From a virus (Duplodnaviria; Caudoviricetes), in the IMG/VR virus record IMGVR_UViG_3300037286_000125, positions 1 through 36,234 of that record: a DNA stretch of 36,234 nucleotides, one strand, 5' to 3'. Positions within the stretch are counted from its first letter, which is position 1. The number at the start of each line of letters is the position of its first letter. Made by a program: the position numbers and the translations under genes. This document shows positions 18,540 through 27,458 of the stretch, one piece after another. A model generated the notes under the pieces. The model was given only the letters and a program-made list of their open reading frames with translations, ran no database searches and was not told the DNA's origin.

Positions 18540-18864
18540 TCCCAAGCACCCCGGCTTCCTGAATGAGCGAAGGATACTCAGAAGGATCAATCCCGGACAG
18601 CTTTTCCGCGCCGTGCTTCTCAAGCAGAGTCCTGACCTCAGAGGTGAAGCCAGCCCTGGATTTCTCTGCCAGGACAGCCCTGACTTCTTCCAGAGTGATA
18701 GGTTTTGTTTCAGGCACAGTCGGTTTATCTTTTGCTGTCTCCGCATGCTCGTCGGCATCGTTACCGGTGAACAATTCGGACAAAGACTCCGATATCCCGA
18801 ACAGGGCTTCGCCGCAATGTTTAAGTTCCGATACCAACAGATTCAGTTCACTCATCTTGCCCAT
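18532..18864 (-). CDS. Conserved phage protein (110 aa)
   Basis: 'LEEVRAVLAEKSRAG...LLEKHGAEKLS.IDP..Y'; overlaps the DUF2800 start. Confidence 0.85.
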   Translation of the reverse strand: MGKMSELNLLVSELKHCGEALFGISESLSELFTGNDADEHAETAKDKPTVPETKPITLEEVRAVLAEKSRAGFTSEVRTLLEKHGAEKLSGIDPSEYPSLIQEAGVLGNG

Positions 18865-19027
18865 CGGGTTTTCCTCCTTTCGCCATTCCCTCTTGCTTCG
18901 AAAGCGTCATAAGCTTCTTGGCCAGTCTTTTTGACACCACGCTGATTGCCGTAAGGATACCAGCCAGCTCTTCGTCCATATCATGGTCTCTGGGCTGAGT
19001 GTCGTTTTGGTTAGTTTGTGTCTGCAT
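18848..19027 (-). CDS. Small phage protein, 59 aa (absent from the ORF track)
   Basis: GGAGG SD; MQTQTNQNDTQPRDHDMDEELAGILTAISVVSKRLAKKL...GQDE*; overlaps the next gene. Confidence 0.75.
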   Translation of the reverse strand: MQTQTNQNDTQPRDHDMDEELAGILTAISVVSKRLAKKLMTLSKQEGMAKGGKPDGQDE

Positions 19028-19069
19028 TTATTAACCTCCATTCCGAGGGTTGTATTTTTCTCCCTCACC

Positions 19070-19102
19070 ATCCAAAGGACAGAGAGAGGTACTTTGAGTA
19101 CC
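19070..19102 (-). promoter_or_regulatory. Bipartite promoter-like motif B, copy 2
   Basis: 6 nt after the sigma gene stop and upstream of the replication operon; matches 14262-14294. Confidence 0.72.
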
Positions 19103-19108
19103 CCGGGA

Positions 19109-19576
19109 TCAGATAAAGTCCTTGAGTCGGTCTCTTAATTGGGCGAAAAGCTTGGCCTTACGTTTATTAATTGCCTTTTGTGATAGCCCAATGTCGGTGG
19201 CAATCTCTCGCTCTGATATCCCTTTAGCGAAGAGTTCCATGATCCTTCTGTTGTCTGGATCCAACTCATCCAATGCGCAAAGTAGTTCCTCCAGTAGTTG
19301 TTTCTCTGCAAGGATCTCCTCAATGTCTGAAGGATCAGAAGGCTCGAATCCATATTCATCAGAGGAATAATCCAGCGATAGTATTGTTCCAGTTCTTTGT
19401 TTATCGCAAAGGCTGCAATCATTTGTGCAGCGGTTGCCTTTTTCATCTCGGCATCTTTTCTCGCGTTCATTACGTTTACGTTCTGCCCATGCAGGTCGCT
19501 TGTAAGCTCTGTAGACCTCTTCACTTACATAGATTTGCTCTCCATCGATATCGATGAAACGTTCTTGGTTTTCCAT
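19109..19576 (-). CDS. Sigma-70 region 4-like factor (phage/ICE type)
   Basis: 'VSEEVYRAYKRPAWAE.KR', Cys cluster, C-terminal HTH 'SEREIATDIGLSQKAINKRK'. Confidence 0.85.
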   Translation of the reverse strand: MENQERFIDIDGEQIYVSEEVYRAYKRPAWAERKRNEREKRCRDEKGNRCTNDCSLCDKQRTGTILSLDYSSDEYGFEPSDPSDIEEILAEKQLLEELLCALDELDPDNRRIMELFAKGISEREIATDIGLSQKAINKRKAKLFAQLRDRLKDFI

Positions 19577-19664
19577 TTGATCTCCTCCATTGATTGACTT
19601 TCAAAGTGCGTGTGTTAAGCTGAATGAGTAGGAATTGACATGAATTGCAGTCGTTTTGGGCAAC

Positions 19665-19696
19665 AAAAAAAGCCCTTGTGACTTCTCACAAGAGCT
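19665..19696 (-). terminator. Terminator in the leader of the sigma gene
   Basis: AGCTCTTGTGA-GAAG-TCACAAGGGCT hairpin followed by a T-run on the minus strand. Confidence 0.65.
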
Positions 19697-19705
19697 ATCC
19701 AAAGC

Positions 19706-19759
19706 TTGATAAAGTTAATGTCCAGAATTAATAAGGTTAATAGCCTTAATAAAGTTAAA
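19706..19759. repeat. Three direct repeats TT(A/G)ATAA(A/G)GTTAA in the divergent control region
   Basis: Copies start at 19706, 19728 and 19746. Confidence 0.7.
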
Positions 19760-19781
19760 AGTTAGCTACGGAGGCAAAAAC

Positions 19782-21524
19782 GTGACAAAAAAAGTAAATC
19801 CAGTTCTTTGTGGAGGAACTTTCCTCACCCAGATTCTCCTATCTAGGAAGCCTACTACATCCCGTCGCCAACGCACCCAGGGTATATCTGATACCTTCGG
19901 AGAACCTGATGTCCTATTCGGCCTTATAAGACTTGTCCAGCCCGATTACATTAGACCTGCTGGAGATACGTTTAGAACGTATACCAGTAAGTACAAAAAA
20001 TGTGATGGATATACTCCAGATGCCTTGAAGTTCGATAACGAAGTGGTCATATCGGCTTTTTTGGAGCGCTTGGAAACAGACTATGCAACTGAATTAAATA
20101 AGGCTGAGGAATTAGCTAATCAGTTTATTGATATAGGCTCAACAGCTAAGAATGATGTCCTTTTAGTTAAGAGATTAATCGAATTAATAAGAGAGGATGA
20201 GGGAATCTCTGATTCACACCAGTTCACTGTTGGTAGTGATGGTACTTCAGCTTCGAAGAGTGAACTTGATTCAGTAGATGAAGTATGTTTACCTGCATTC
20301 CTTTTGAGTATTTGGAAGTTCGTGGTTACAGAACGAAAGGATAATAGTATCGGTGCAGCAACGATTGCTGCATGGTTCCCAAATGCAAAAAACTGTTATG
20401 AAGGTATAAGCGGTTCAACCATAAAACAATCGATAAAAGTAAATTGCATTCTGGCTGCAAATGATAATAAGAATGACGAAAAAAAGGATGTGGAATCTGA
20501 ATCAGAATCAGTTGTTATTGCAATAACTGAGCAGAATTCTACTCAAGAGGAAGGCACAAAAGTACCACGGAAAAGTCTTCTCGAATTGTTTGAAGATGCA
20601 ATAGATAAGTGCAACGTAGATTTATTCGTAGATACTGATTTTACGGCTGAACCGCTTATGTTCACAGATGTTATTGTCATTGATCAATTCATAGAAATAA
20701 TGAGAGATAACCTTCGGAATTTCCGTAGGAACCAGGATGCGATATATAGAAATGTAATTCTGTTTGTGAATAAGCTAGAAGAGTATCAAACGTTTCTGAG
20801 TCATAGAATGATATGTGAGGATGGTGTAAGAGTTTACTGGTTACCGAGAATTAATTGGATGGATGTTAATGAATTCACTCTTAGCTGCCGGCGCGAATTG
20901 GAAAGATTATATGGGTTGATAACGGGTGGGAGATCACTTTCTATTTTTGGGAATTATAATGTAGAAGATGACACGATGACTATTCCTAAAGACATAGATA
21001 TTAAGTCTAAACACGATGATTTTATGACTGTCGAAAGCCAACAAATTAGCAGAGATTACTACAATTTATTTGTAACCAGCAGCGAAATCATGAGTGGTCG
21101 GTTCACGATGCCAAAAGATCGATCTTTAAGAGGAGAGTCGGAGACAGTAAAGAAGTTTGCTGACTTAAATGCTGAGTCAATTAAGATGATAAAAACATTC
21201 CCATCCTTATTTATGAATGAAAATATTTGGTATGGTGGGAAAACATCATCGGAACAAGAAGCATATTATGGTTTTGTGACCGATTTGCGTATACAAGAAA
21301 ATGGGGTTATTAAAATCCGATTCCGTTGTTACGCAAAAGTGAACCAACAGAAGATAAATGACATTGCAGATTTATTAGATATACATCAAGGATCAGGTGT
21401 GATGGAACTAAACCACACCCATTGGACGATCAAGCACGTTGACTTAATTGATGAGTTAACCGTGGCAGGACTTTTACCAGATGAGTTAACCTTCATTTCA
21501 CCCTGTGGTGGATATAGAGAATGA
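19782..21524 (+). CDS. Multidomain hypothetical protein at the repressor position
   Basis: 580-aa ORF, GGAGG SD and GTG start; N-terminal 'LCGGTF' domain, acidic linker, C-terminal 'YYNLFV...ELNHTHWTIKHVDL' domain. Confidence 0.8.
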   Translation: MTKKVNPVLCGGTFLTQILLSRKPTTSRRQRTQGISDTFGEPDVLFGLIRLVQPDYIRPAGDTFRTYTSKYKKCDGYTPDALKFDNEVVISAFLERLETDYATELNKAEELANQFIDIGSTAKNDVLLVKRLIELIREDEGISDSHQFTVGSDGTSASKSELDSVDEVCLPAFLLSIWKFVVTERKDNSIGAATIAAWFPNAKNCYEGISGSTIKQSIKVNCILAANDNKNDEKKDVESESESVVIAITEQNSTQEEGTKVPRKSLLELFEDAIDKCNVDLFVDTDFTAEPLMFTDVIVIDQFIEIMRDNLRNFRRNQDAIYRNVILFVNKLEEYQTFLSHRMICEDGVRVYWLPRINWMDVNEFTLSCRRELERLYGLITGGRSLSIFGNYNVEDDTMTIPKDIDIKSKHDDFMTVESQQISRDYYNLFVTSSEIMSGRFTMPKDRSLRGESETVKKFADLNAESIKMIKTFPSLFMNENIWYGGKTSSEQEAYYGFVTDLRIQENGVIKIRFRCYAKVNQQKINDIADLLDIHQGSGVMELNHTHWTIKHVDLIDELTVAGLLPDELTFISPCGGYRE

Positions 21525-22069
21525 AATACTGATAAATGAGTAAGTTATACATCGAACATTAAGATACAAAATTCGGATAATTCGTAACAAAACTAAGCGT
21601 GTTATTATATGTTGATGATAACTATGTTATTATAATAAATAGATAATGGATGCAGGATAGCATCAGGAGGAGAATTAGTGACTTACGAGTTTGAAAAGTG
21701 GTCTACCTTATAAGAGAATGCCGATCATCCAGGTTATGTAAAGGTACCATTCGTAATTGGATCGAGAAAGGCATCATTCTGCAACATTAAGTTGATAATA
21801 ATACAAGTTAAGATATCAGAAGTGGATCCATGGATTGAAAGTGCAATAGTGCTATGATTGATTAATCAATATGCACTATTGTTTGTTCATTTAACTAAAT
21901 AGTTGAGGCTAAAAGAGAGTATAGAATCAAAAACTAATTTTTTGCCTTCTACAGAGAAGTTAAATACAATCAATCGACACAGTCTATCATTAAAGAAAAT
22001 ACTTTATTGAAGTTGGATACCGATGAGCAGGCTTTTTTAGGATGGAACTGGGCAGAAAGGATACTGAAA

Positions 22070-22293
22070 ATGAGAATCCAATATAATAAACTCTGAAAAA
22101 TACTCATCGACAAGAATATGAAAAAAGTTGATCTCAAAGATGAGCTGATATCAGTTCCAACTCCATTGCTAAGTTCAGGGAAATTGAACCCGTGCGTATG
22201 GACGTACTGATGAAAATTTCCAATGCACTCGACTGCAAAATCGAGGATTTATTTGAGACAGTCAAGAATAAAGACAACGGGAACACGGAATAG
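22070..22293 (+). pseudogene. XRE/Cro-C1 HTH regulator pseudogene
   Basis: MRIQYNKL*KILIDKNMKKVDLKD, then a frameshift into ADISSNSIAKF...VRMDVLMKISNALDCKIEDLFE. TGA at 22094 replaces the usual Trp. Confidence 0.85.
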
Positions 22294-22402
22294 TAATTCT
22301 CATTTTTGACAGTGAGATTCTAAAGTATATGTGATTCAGATATTGCAAAAATTTACTGTAATTTTGATTGATATATCTGTCTTGCTCAAGGAGGCATAGT
22401 GC

Positions 22403-25400
22403 GTGATAAATAGGGAAATACCCTTCAGACCAAGACTGGAGGGAAATTTTAGGATTAGGTTTTATAATGCTGTATCTGCAATCAATGATAATACTTCTGT
22501 CATCGACATAGAAAAAATTGCAAATCAAGAAATTGATTGGGTTGAAAATGAATGCGCCTATAATCTCGTCCAACGGAAAAAATACAGGGCTATATGGCTA
22601 TTGTTTAGGGACTTAATAAGAGCCTCTTGGCGAGCTTGCTATCGTGAGGGCGTGCTATTGATGCGTCTACCGAGTCTTAATGGTACAGAGTTGCACGACA
22701 CTTCGTCGCCTGAGATTAAAGCCCTTCTTCGTAGTTGGATGGAGGAGAGTCGACACGAACGATTAGTTAGTTACTCTGAGTTTATCCATCGTATGGAGAA
22801 GTCAAGCTCTTCCAAGCAAAGTATAGAGGAATTAATCGCTGATGGTTATGAACTAGCAGACAGACTAGAACGTGCCAGAGACGGTAAAATGGACATCTCA
22901 GACGCTGTTCAGCCATATCTTCAATTGGTTAGGGAAGGCGATCGAGATGAATACACCGGACTCAAAATTTCTGAGATATGGCGGTATTTTAGATTAACAT
23001 GGTCTACGCCATCTGAAACAACTCCAGGAAGAACGATGCAATATTTGATTCGTGACGCTGCGCACCCCAAACACGCGATCATGGGCATAGCATCTCTTGA
23101 AAACGCAGCTGTTCAGATCACTTGCCGCGATAATGCTATTGGTTGGAATCAAAAAGCGTTTATAGATAAATTATCTCATCTAGACTCAGATTCAGCACGA
23201 TCTGAATTTGAAAGATTGCTTTCCTATTTGGAGGATGGTATTGGAGGTATTGACTACCTGGATCTTTGTACTGAAGCTACAGTTGCGTACCCAACATATG
23301 AAGATATTCAGATGCTCTTGGATGAGGCTGCAATTGCTGAACAAGCACGCCAAAATCTTCTTCGGGAAACACAGGATGAAATTATAGAAGATGAGCGTAG
23401 CGAACTCGGTAACATATCCATAGAAACTGAAAATGCGCTATATCGTAGAAAACGTGCCGAACAGTTAGCTAGATTGCTAAATTCAAAAAAAGCAATTACG
23501 GATTTATACACTTCTACAGATTTTGACAACCAGTGGTTGAGCTTTAGTAAAAGCGAAGCAGGTAATTCTGCTATTCGCAGTGCGCTTATTGCCCAGAAAA
23601 CGAAACATATTGGTTCAAGTATGATGGAACTGAATGTGTGCGGTGCGATTCCTCCTTATAATGAAATCTTAGGTGGAAAACTTGTCGCATTACTTGCAGT
23701 CTCTCCGCAAATTGTTCACGACTATAGAGAACGATATGCAAATAAAAGCAGTGAAATTGCAAGTCGATTGAAAGGTGAACCAGTGTGTCGGCCAGCAGAT
23801 CTTGCATTTGTAGGCACCACCTCTCTTTATTATGTGGGGTCAAGTCAATATAATCGCCTAAAAATCCCACATGAGGTTTTTGATGCTGACTATGATGTGA
23901 TTTGGCAACGCCTTGGTATGACAATCGGCTTTGGAACAATGCATATTAGCAAAGCTACAACGCTTAGTCTTACCGAAGCTACAAGTGATGGCTTTAATAG
24001 AATAAATCATGTTTTTGGCGAAGGTGCAAGTCCAAAAATGAGATTGCTGACTATGGCAATTAGGGAACTACTGGAGTCTAGTAATGAAGACTCAAAGGAC
24101 TTTTCTAAGCATGCAATGTCTCGAATTGTGTATGGAGCAAGCCTTGCAAGTAACACGTTTGAGTATCTTCTCGGTAAGGACTCCACGCCAAAGTACTACT
24201 TTGGATCGACAGATTATGTGGAAGGGACTCAGAGAGTTATTAACTATTGGAGAAACCGTTGGTTGACTAGTCGACTAATGCACGCTCCGATTTATGACAG
24301 AATACGGAATTTTGATAAATCTGCTCTACTGGTCAGCAATGAGATTGATAAATCTGAAGAATGGAGTTTTTCCAAGTTGAAGGAGGTATCACACATGCCC
24401 ACAAATAGTGAACCACAAAAAGGCTTACAGTTTATCAGGAACTTCTATAGGGGGTCTAGCGCATACGCTGATTATGTGAGTGGTAACCAGTTATCGAATA
24501 TTCACCTAATTACCAGACTCGATAAAGCTATTCTTGATGCAGTAAAGGATGGAAAGGATGTTGTTCTAACAGGGAACCCTGGTGATGGTAAAACACATAT
24601 AATTAGAATAGTTAAAGAACAACTCGATAACAGCGGTCAGCCATTTACAATTGAACTTGATGCCAGCACAAAATCTGATGAAGAGATATTTAAGCATTGG
24701 CAGGATGCAAAAAATAGAGATCATGTTTTTATCATAGCAATTAATGCAGCTGTGCTTTATTCTCTTTATCATTTTTGCCCTAACTTTGAGCCAGTGAAGA
24801 AGGCCTACAATCAGATGAATCAAGCGGTTGTGTTTCATGGCGAAGCACTCTCAGATGATGACGTTATCGTTTTTGACCTCAGCAAACGAGACGTATTATC
24901 AAAGGATATCCTAAAGCAGGCAATTATCAAACTCACTGACTCGGAGCATTACTCCGAATGCAATGCGTGTCCGTTAAATGATTCCTGCGAAGTGCATACG
25001 AATTGTAATCTATTGAATAATGAATTGTTTCAAGAGAGGTTATATAGTGTGCTGCAGCGAGCCACACTTCAAGGTTATCATGCTACACTTCGTGAACTGC
25101 AATCATTTATTGCGTACTTAATTTTCGGTGATAGAACCTGTAATAAAATATCAAAAACTGCAGGGAACAAGGAATACAATTTGGTCAACCTTATATATAG
25201 TGGAAAAGGTGGCCTGTTCAAGGCAATTAATAATGCTCTGGACCCTGTAAGAATTTCCCACCCTATTTGGGACGAACGAATTCTCTGTAATGAGATTTCA
25301 GATGAAAGTTGGGTAACCGACTACAGTGTTCCCCAGGAAGCAATAGCTTTTGACAACGATACTCTATTCAGAATGAGAAAAAGGCAGTTTTTCTTCTTTA

Positions 25401-25975
25401 ACCAACATGGAGAAGAACTCTTAAACATCATCGATGATGACGTTGCTCGTTTCCAGGCTTTTTTAGCACAGGACGATAAAAAAGTCGTTAAGGAACTCAT
25501 TCGAAAGCTTAATATTTTCTTTGGTGCAGCAAAGCCATCTTCTGACTTGGAAATTTGGTCTGGGCATAGATATGATAACGATCCAAGAAAAGTACTGATT
25601 TCGATTGGGTCCATGAAAGCTAGTAGCTTCAGAATAGGACGTCCAACATTACAGCAATCAATGCAAGCAGGCATCGAGATGTTGGCGAATTATCTTAGAC
25701 TTGAAAAAAAGGATTTTCCTGGAATATTCCTTAAGATTGATTTTGATATGTATTGTCTTTTATCCGAAGCCGAACGTGGAGTTCCAGTGCTCTTCACTGA
25801 ATCAGACCTTGTGAAAAAGGTTTGGCGCTTTATTGAACAACTTCAGTCTTCTGAGGCGCTTGGTGAGGACGGTGTCGTCATATCGCTCTTAGACGTTCAG
25901 AACAAAAGAGAGATAAAGGTGACAGTTGATTTGGAAGATAAGAAATATACATCCATAGAAAGCATAAAAAAGTGA
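22403..25975 (+). CDS. DruA/DUF4338-like domain fused to a DndF(DptF)-like P-loop ATPase
   Basis: 'PGRTMQYLIRD', 'VCGAIPPYNEILGGKLVALL', 'TTSLY..GSSQYNRL', 'T.GFGT.H', 'FGEGASPKMR'; then Walker A GNPGDGKT (aa 724), CxxC-x5-C and 'TLRELQSFIAYLIFG'. Confidence 0.8.
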   Translation: MINREIPFRPRLEGNFRIRFYNAVSAINDNTSVIDIEKIANQEIDWVENECAYNLVQRKKYRAIWLLFRDLIRASWRACYREGVLLMRLPSLNGTELHDTSSPEIKALLRSWMEESRHERLVSYSEFIHRMEKSSSSKQSIEELIADGYELADRLERARDGKMDISDAVQPYLQLVREGDRDEYTGLKISEIWRYFRLTWSTPSETTPGRTMQYLIRDAAHPKHAIMGIASLENAAVQITCRDNAIGWNQKAFIDKLSHLDSDSARSEFERLLSYLEDGIGGIDYLDLCTEATVAYPTYEDIQMLLDEAAIAEQARQNLLRETQDEIIEDERSELGNISIETENALYRRKRAEQLARLLNSKKAITDLYTSTDFDNQWLSFSKSEAGNSAIRSALIAQKTKHIGSSMMELNVCGAIPPYNEILGGKLVALLAVSPQIVHDYRERYANKSSEIASRLKGEPVCRPADLAFVGTTSLYYVGSSQYNRLKIPHEVFDADYDVIWQRLGMTIGFGTMHISKATTLSLTEATSDGFNRINHVFGEGASPKMRLLTMAIRELLESSNEDSKDFSKHAMSRIVYGASLASNTFEYLLGKDSTPKYYFGSTDYVEGTQRVINYWRNRWLTSRLMHAPIYDRIRNFDKSALLVSNEIDKSEEWSFSKLKEVSHMPTNSEPQKGLQFIRNFYRGSSAYADYVSGNQLSNIHLITRLDKAILDAVKDGKDVVLTGNPGDGKTHIIRIVKEQLDNSGQPFTIELDASTKSDEEIFKHWQDAKNRDHVFIIAINAAVLYSLYHFCPNFEPVKKAYNQMNQAVVFHGEALSDDDVIVFDLSKRDVLSKDILKQAIIKLTDSEHYSECNACPLNDSCEVHTNCNLLNNELFQERLYSVLQRATLQGYHATLRELQSFIAYLIFGDRTCNKISKTAGNKEYNLVNLIYSGKGGLFKAINNALDPVRISHPIWDERILCNEISDESWVTDYSVPQEAIAFDNDTLFRMRKRQFFFFNQHGEELLNIIDDDVARFQAFLAQDDKKVVKELIRKLNIFFGAAKPSSDLEIWSGHRYDNDPRKVLISIGSMKASSFRIGRPTLQQSMQAGIEMLANYLRLEKKDFPGIFLKIDFDMYCLLSEAERGVPVLFTESDLVKKVWRFIEQLQSSEALGEDGVVISLLDVQNKREIKVTVDLEDKKYTSIESIKK
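24380..24397 (+). promoter_or_regulatory. Internal ribosome-binding site and in-frame ATG
   Basis: AAGGAGGT at 24380-24387 and ATG at 24395 (codon 665, MPTNSEPQ). Confidence 0.7.
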
Positions 25976-25976
25976 G

Positions 25977-27458
25977 GTGAAAAATCCAATGTCCGAACAG
26001 ATATATTTACATGAATACCGAAACATCGTTGACGATCAATTCGTTGGGTTTAAGCCGAACGGTGCTTCTGTCAAACCGGTCCATATTGCTGGCGGTTCTC
26101 TGCGCAGTATCTATGGTGCAATCGCCGATACAAAGAAAATAAAAAAACTCTCTTACGTATCGAACGCTGCTGGAAAAATTCCGAGCGGTAACGAAAATGC
26201 AGCGGTATATGCCTTCTTGACCGAAACAGAACGCATTGATGAGGAAGTTGGAGAAAACGAACTCGAATCTATGCGTAATGTTATGCAAAAGCTCCTAGCG
26301 GCTGATAAGGGCGTTTATTCTGGTACTACAGATGGAATGGTGTCCTATTCTGCTGGATCCAAGTATTTTATTACTAAAAAAGCAATGTATGAGGATGCTG
26401 GGGAGTTTATTGGTGGAGTTATAAAACAATATTGCCCTGAGCTTGCATCTTACATCAAGAAAAACCTAGATTTAGCTAATGATCCAATAACACTCCTATT
26501 TTCACCAGTTCTTGAGGACGAACCCGAAATGACATTTGAAAACTCAGTTAATGAGGATATTCCAGCCTTTAAGCATAAAAGTAGTGCCATGGAGTGGTAT
26601 CTTAGCGGAATTAAGTGCGGTGGGCAGTGTTTGCTAGAGAATCTTAAGAGTCACCCAAACCATTTAACACAGTTGAGGCTGTTTAATTTCTTCTGTATTT
26701 TTCACCTAATGCGATATTTGGCTATGTTGGAAGCGTTTTATTGTGAGGAATCTGTAAGACCGATTCTTTTGGACTTTACAAAAAACAGTGGCAGCAGTAT
26801 ATCAAGAGCCTCTCAGATGTCATATACACAAATGCATAGATCAATATCACGATTTTATGCTTGGGCATATGCACAGCATTTAGGGTCGCTCTCAAATGAC
26901 GAACTAATGAATCTAGAGACTCCTGTTTACGATGCTAAGAAGGTATCGAAGACAGGTAAGGATGAACTTGATCACATGTGGAGTCTGGCAAAGGAAGAAG
27001 CAATGCAATGCACTACTGATGATGATTCACGCCTTATCTTTGGCACTACAATATATGATATGCTTGCACTTGAGGCCTCTTCTCATCCAGTTAACTATCT
27101 TAAAGCAATCAGCACTCAGGTAGGCATTCTCTATCCTCCTGATAATCTCCATCCAAACAAGAGATTTGTTTTATCACAGGATGTTCTAGAGATGCTTTTA
27201 CGATGCTGTGTTACCCCGAGTGAAGTTTTAAACGCAACAGAATTGCGAAGCCGACTTTGGGAACGTTTTGGAGTTATAGTTGGAGGAAGTGCTTTTGAAT
27301 TGGACAAACTTCATAACAATGGCTCTATTCTACAGGTGGATGAGGACTCTTTGGAGGACAACTTTAACGCTTTTGCATCAATGCTTGAATCAATGGACTT
27401 TGCAGAAATAATGGCCGATGGTATTCTTCAAATTAGATTAGGGGGTGCTGATAATTGA
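25977..27458 (+). CDS. Hypothetical protein, DndG(DptG)-like by size, position and C-terminus
   Basis: 493 aa; starts 1 nt after the upstream stop (or at ATG 25989); C-terminal 'LWERFGVIVGG...NFNAFASMLESMDFAEIMADG' looks winged-helix-like. Confidence 0.6.
   Translation: MKNPMSEQIYLHEYRNIVDDQFVGFKPNGASVKPVHIAGGSLRSIYGAIADTKKIKKLSYVSNAAGKIPSGNENAAVYAFLTETERIDEEVGENELESMRNVMQKLLAADKGVYSGTTDGMVSYSAGSKYFITKKAMYEDAGEFIGGVIKQYCPELASYIKKNLDLANDPITLLFSPVLEDEPEMTFENSVNEDIPAFKHKSSAMEWYLSGIKCGGQCLLENLKSHPNHLTQLRLFNFFCIFHLMRYLAMLEAFYCEESVRPILLDFTKNSGSSISRASQMSYTQMHRSISRFYAWAYAQHLGSLSNDELMNLETPVYDAKKVSKTGKDELDHMWSLAKEEAMQCTTDDDSRLIFGTTIYDMLALEASSHPVNYLKAISTQVGILYPPDNLHPNKRFVLSQDVLEMLLRCCVTPSEVLNATELRSRLWERFGVIVGGSAFELDKLHNNGSILQVDEDSLEDNFNAFASMLESMDFAEIMADGILQIRLGGADN

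Noticed and set aside
7279-18758. Long N-terminal extensions in the ORF track (7383, 9283, 9734, 10119, 12977, 14134, 16318, 18758)
   Set aside because: They overlap upstream genes or regulatory DNA; downstream starts have SD sequences and family-typical N-termini.
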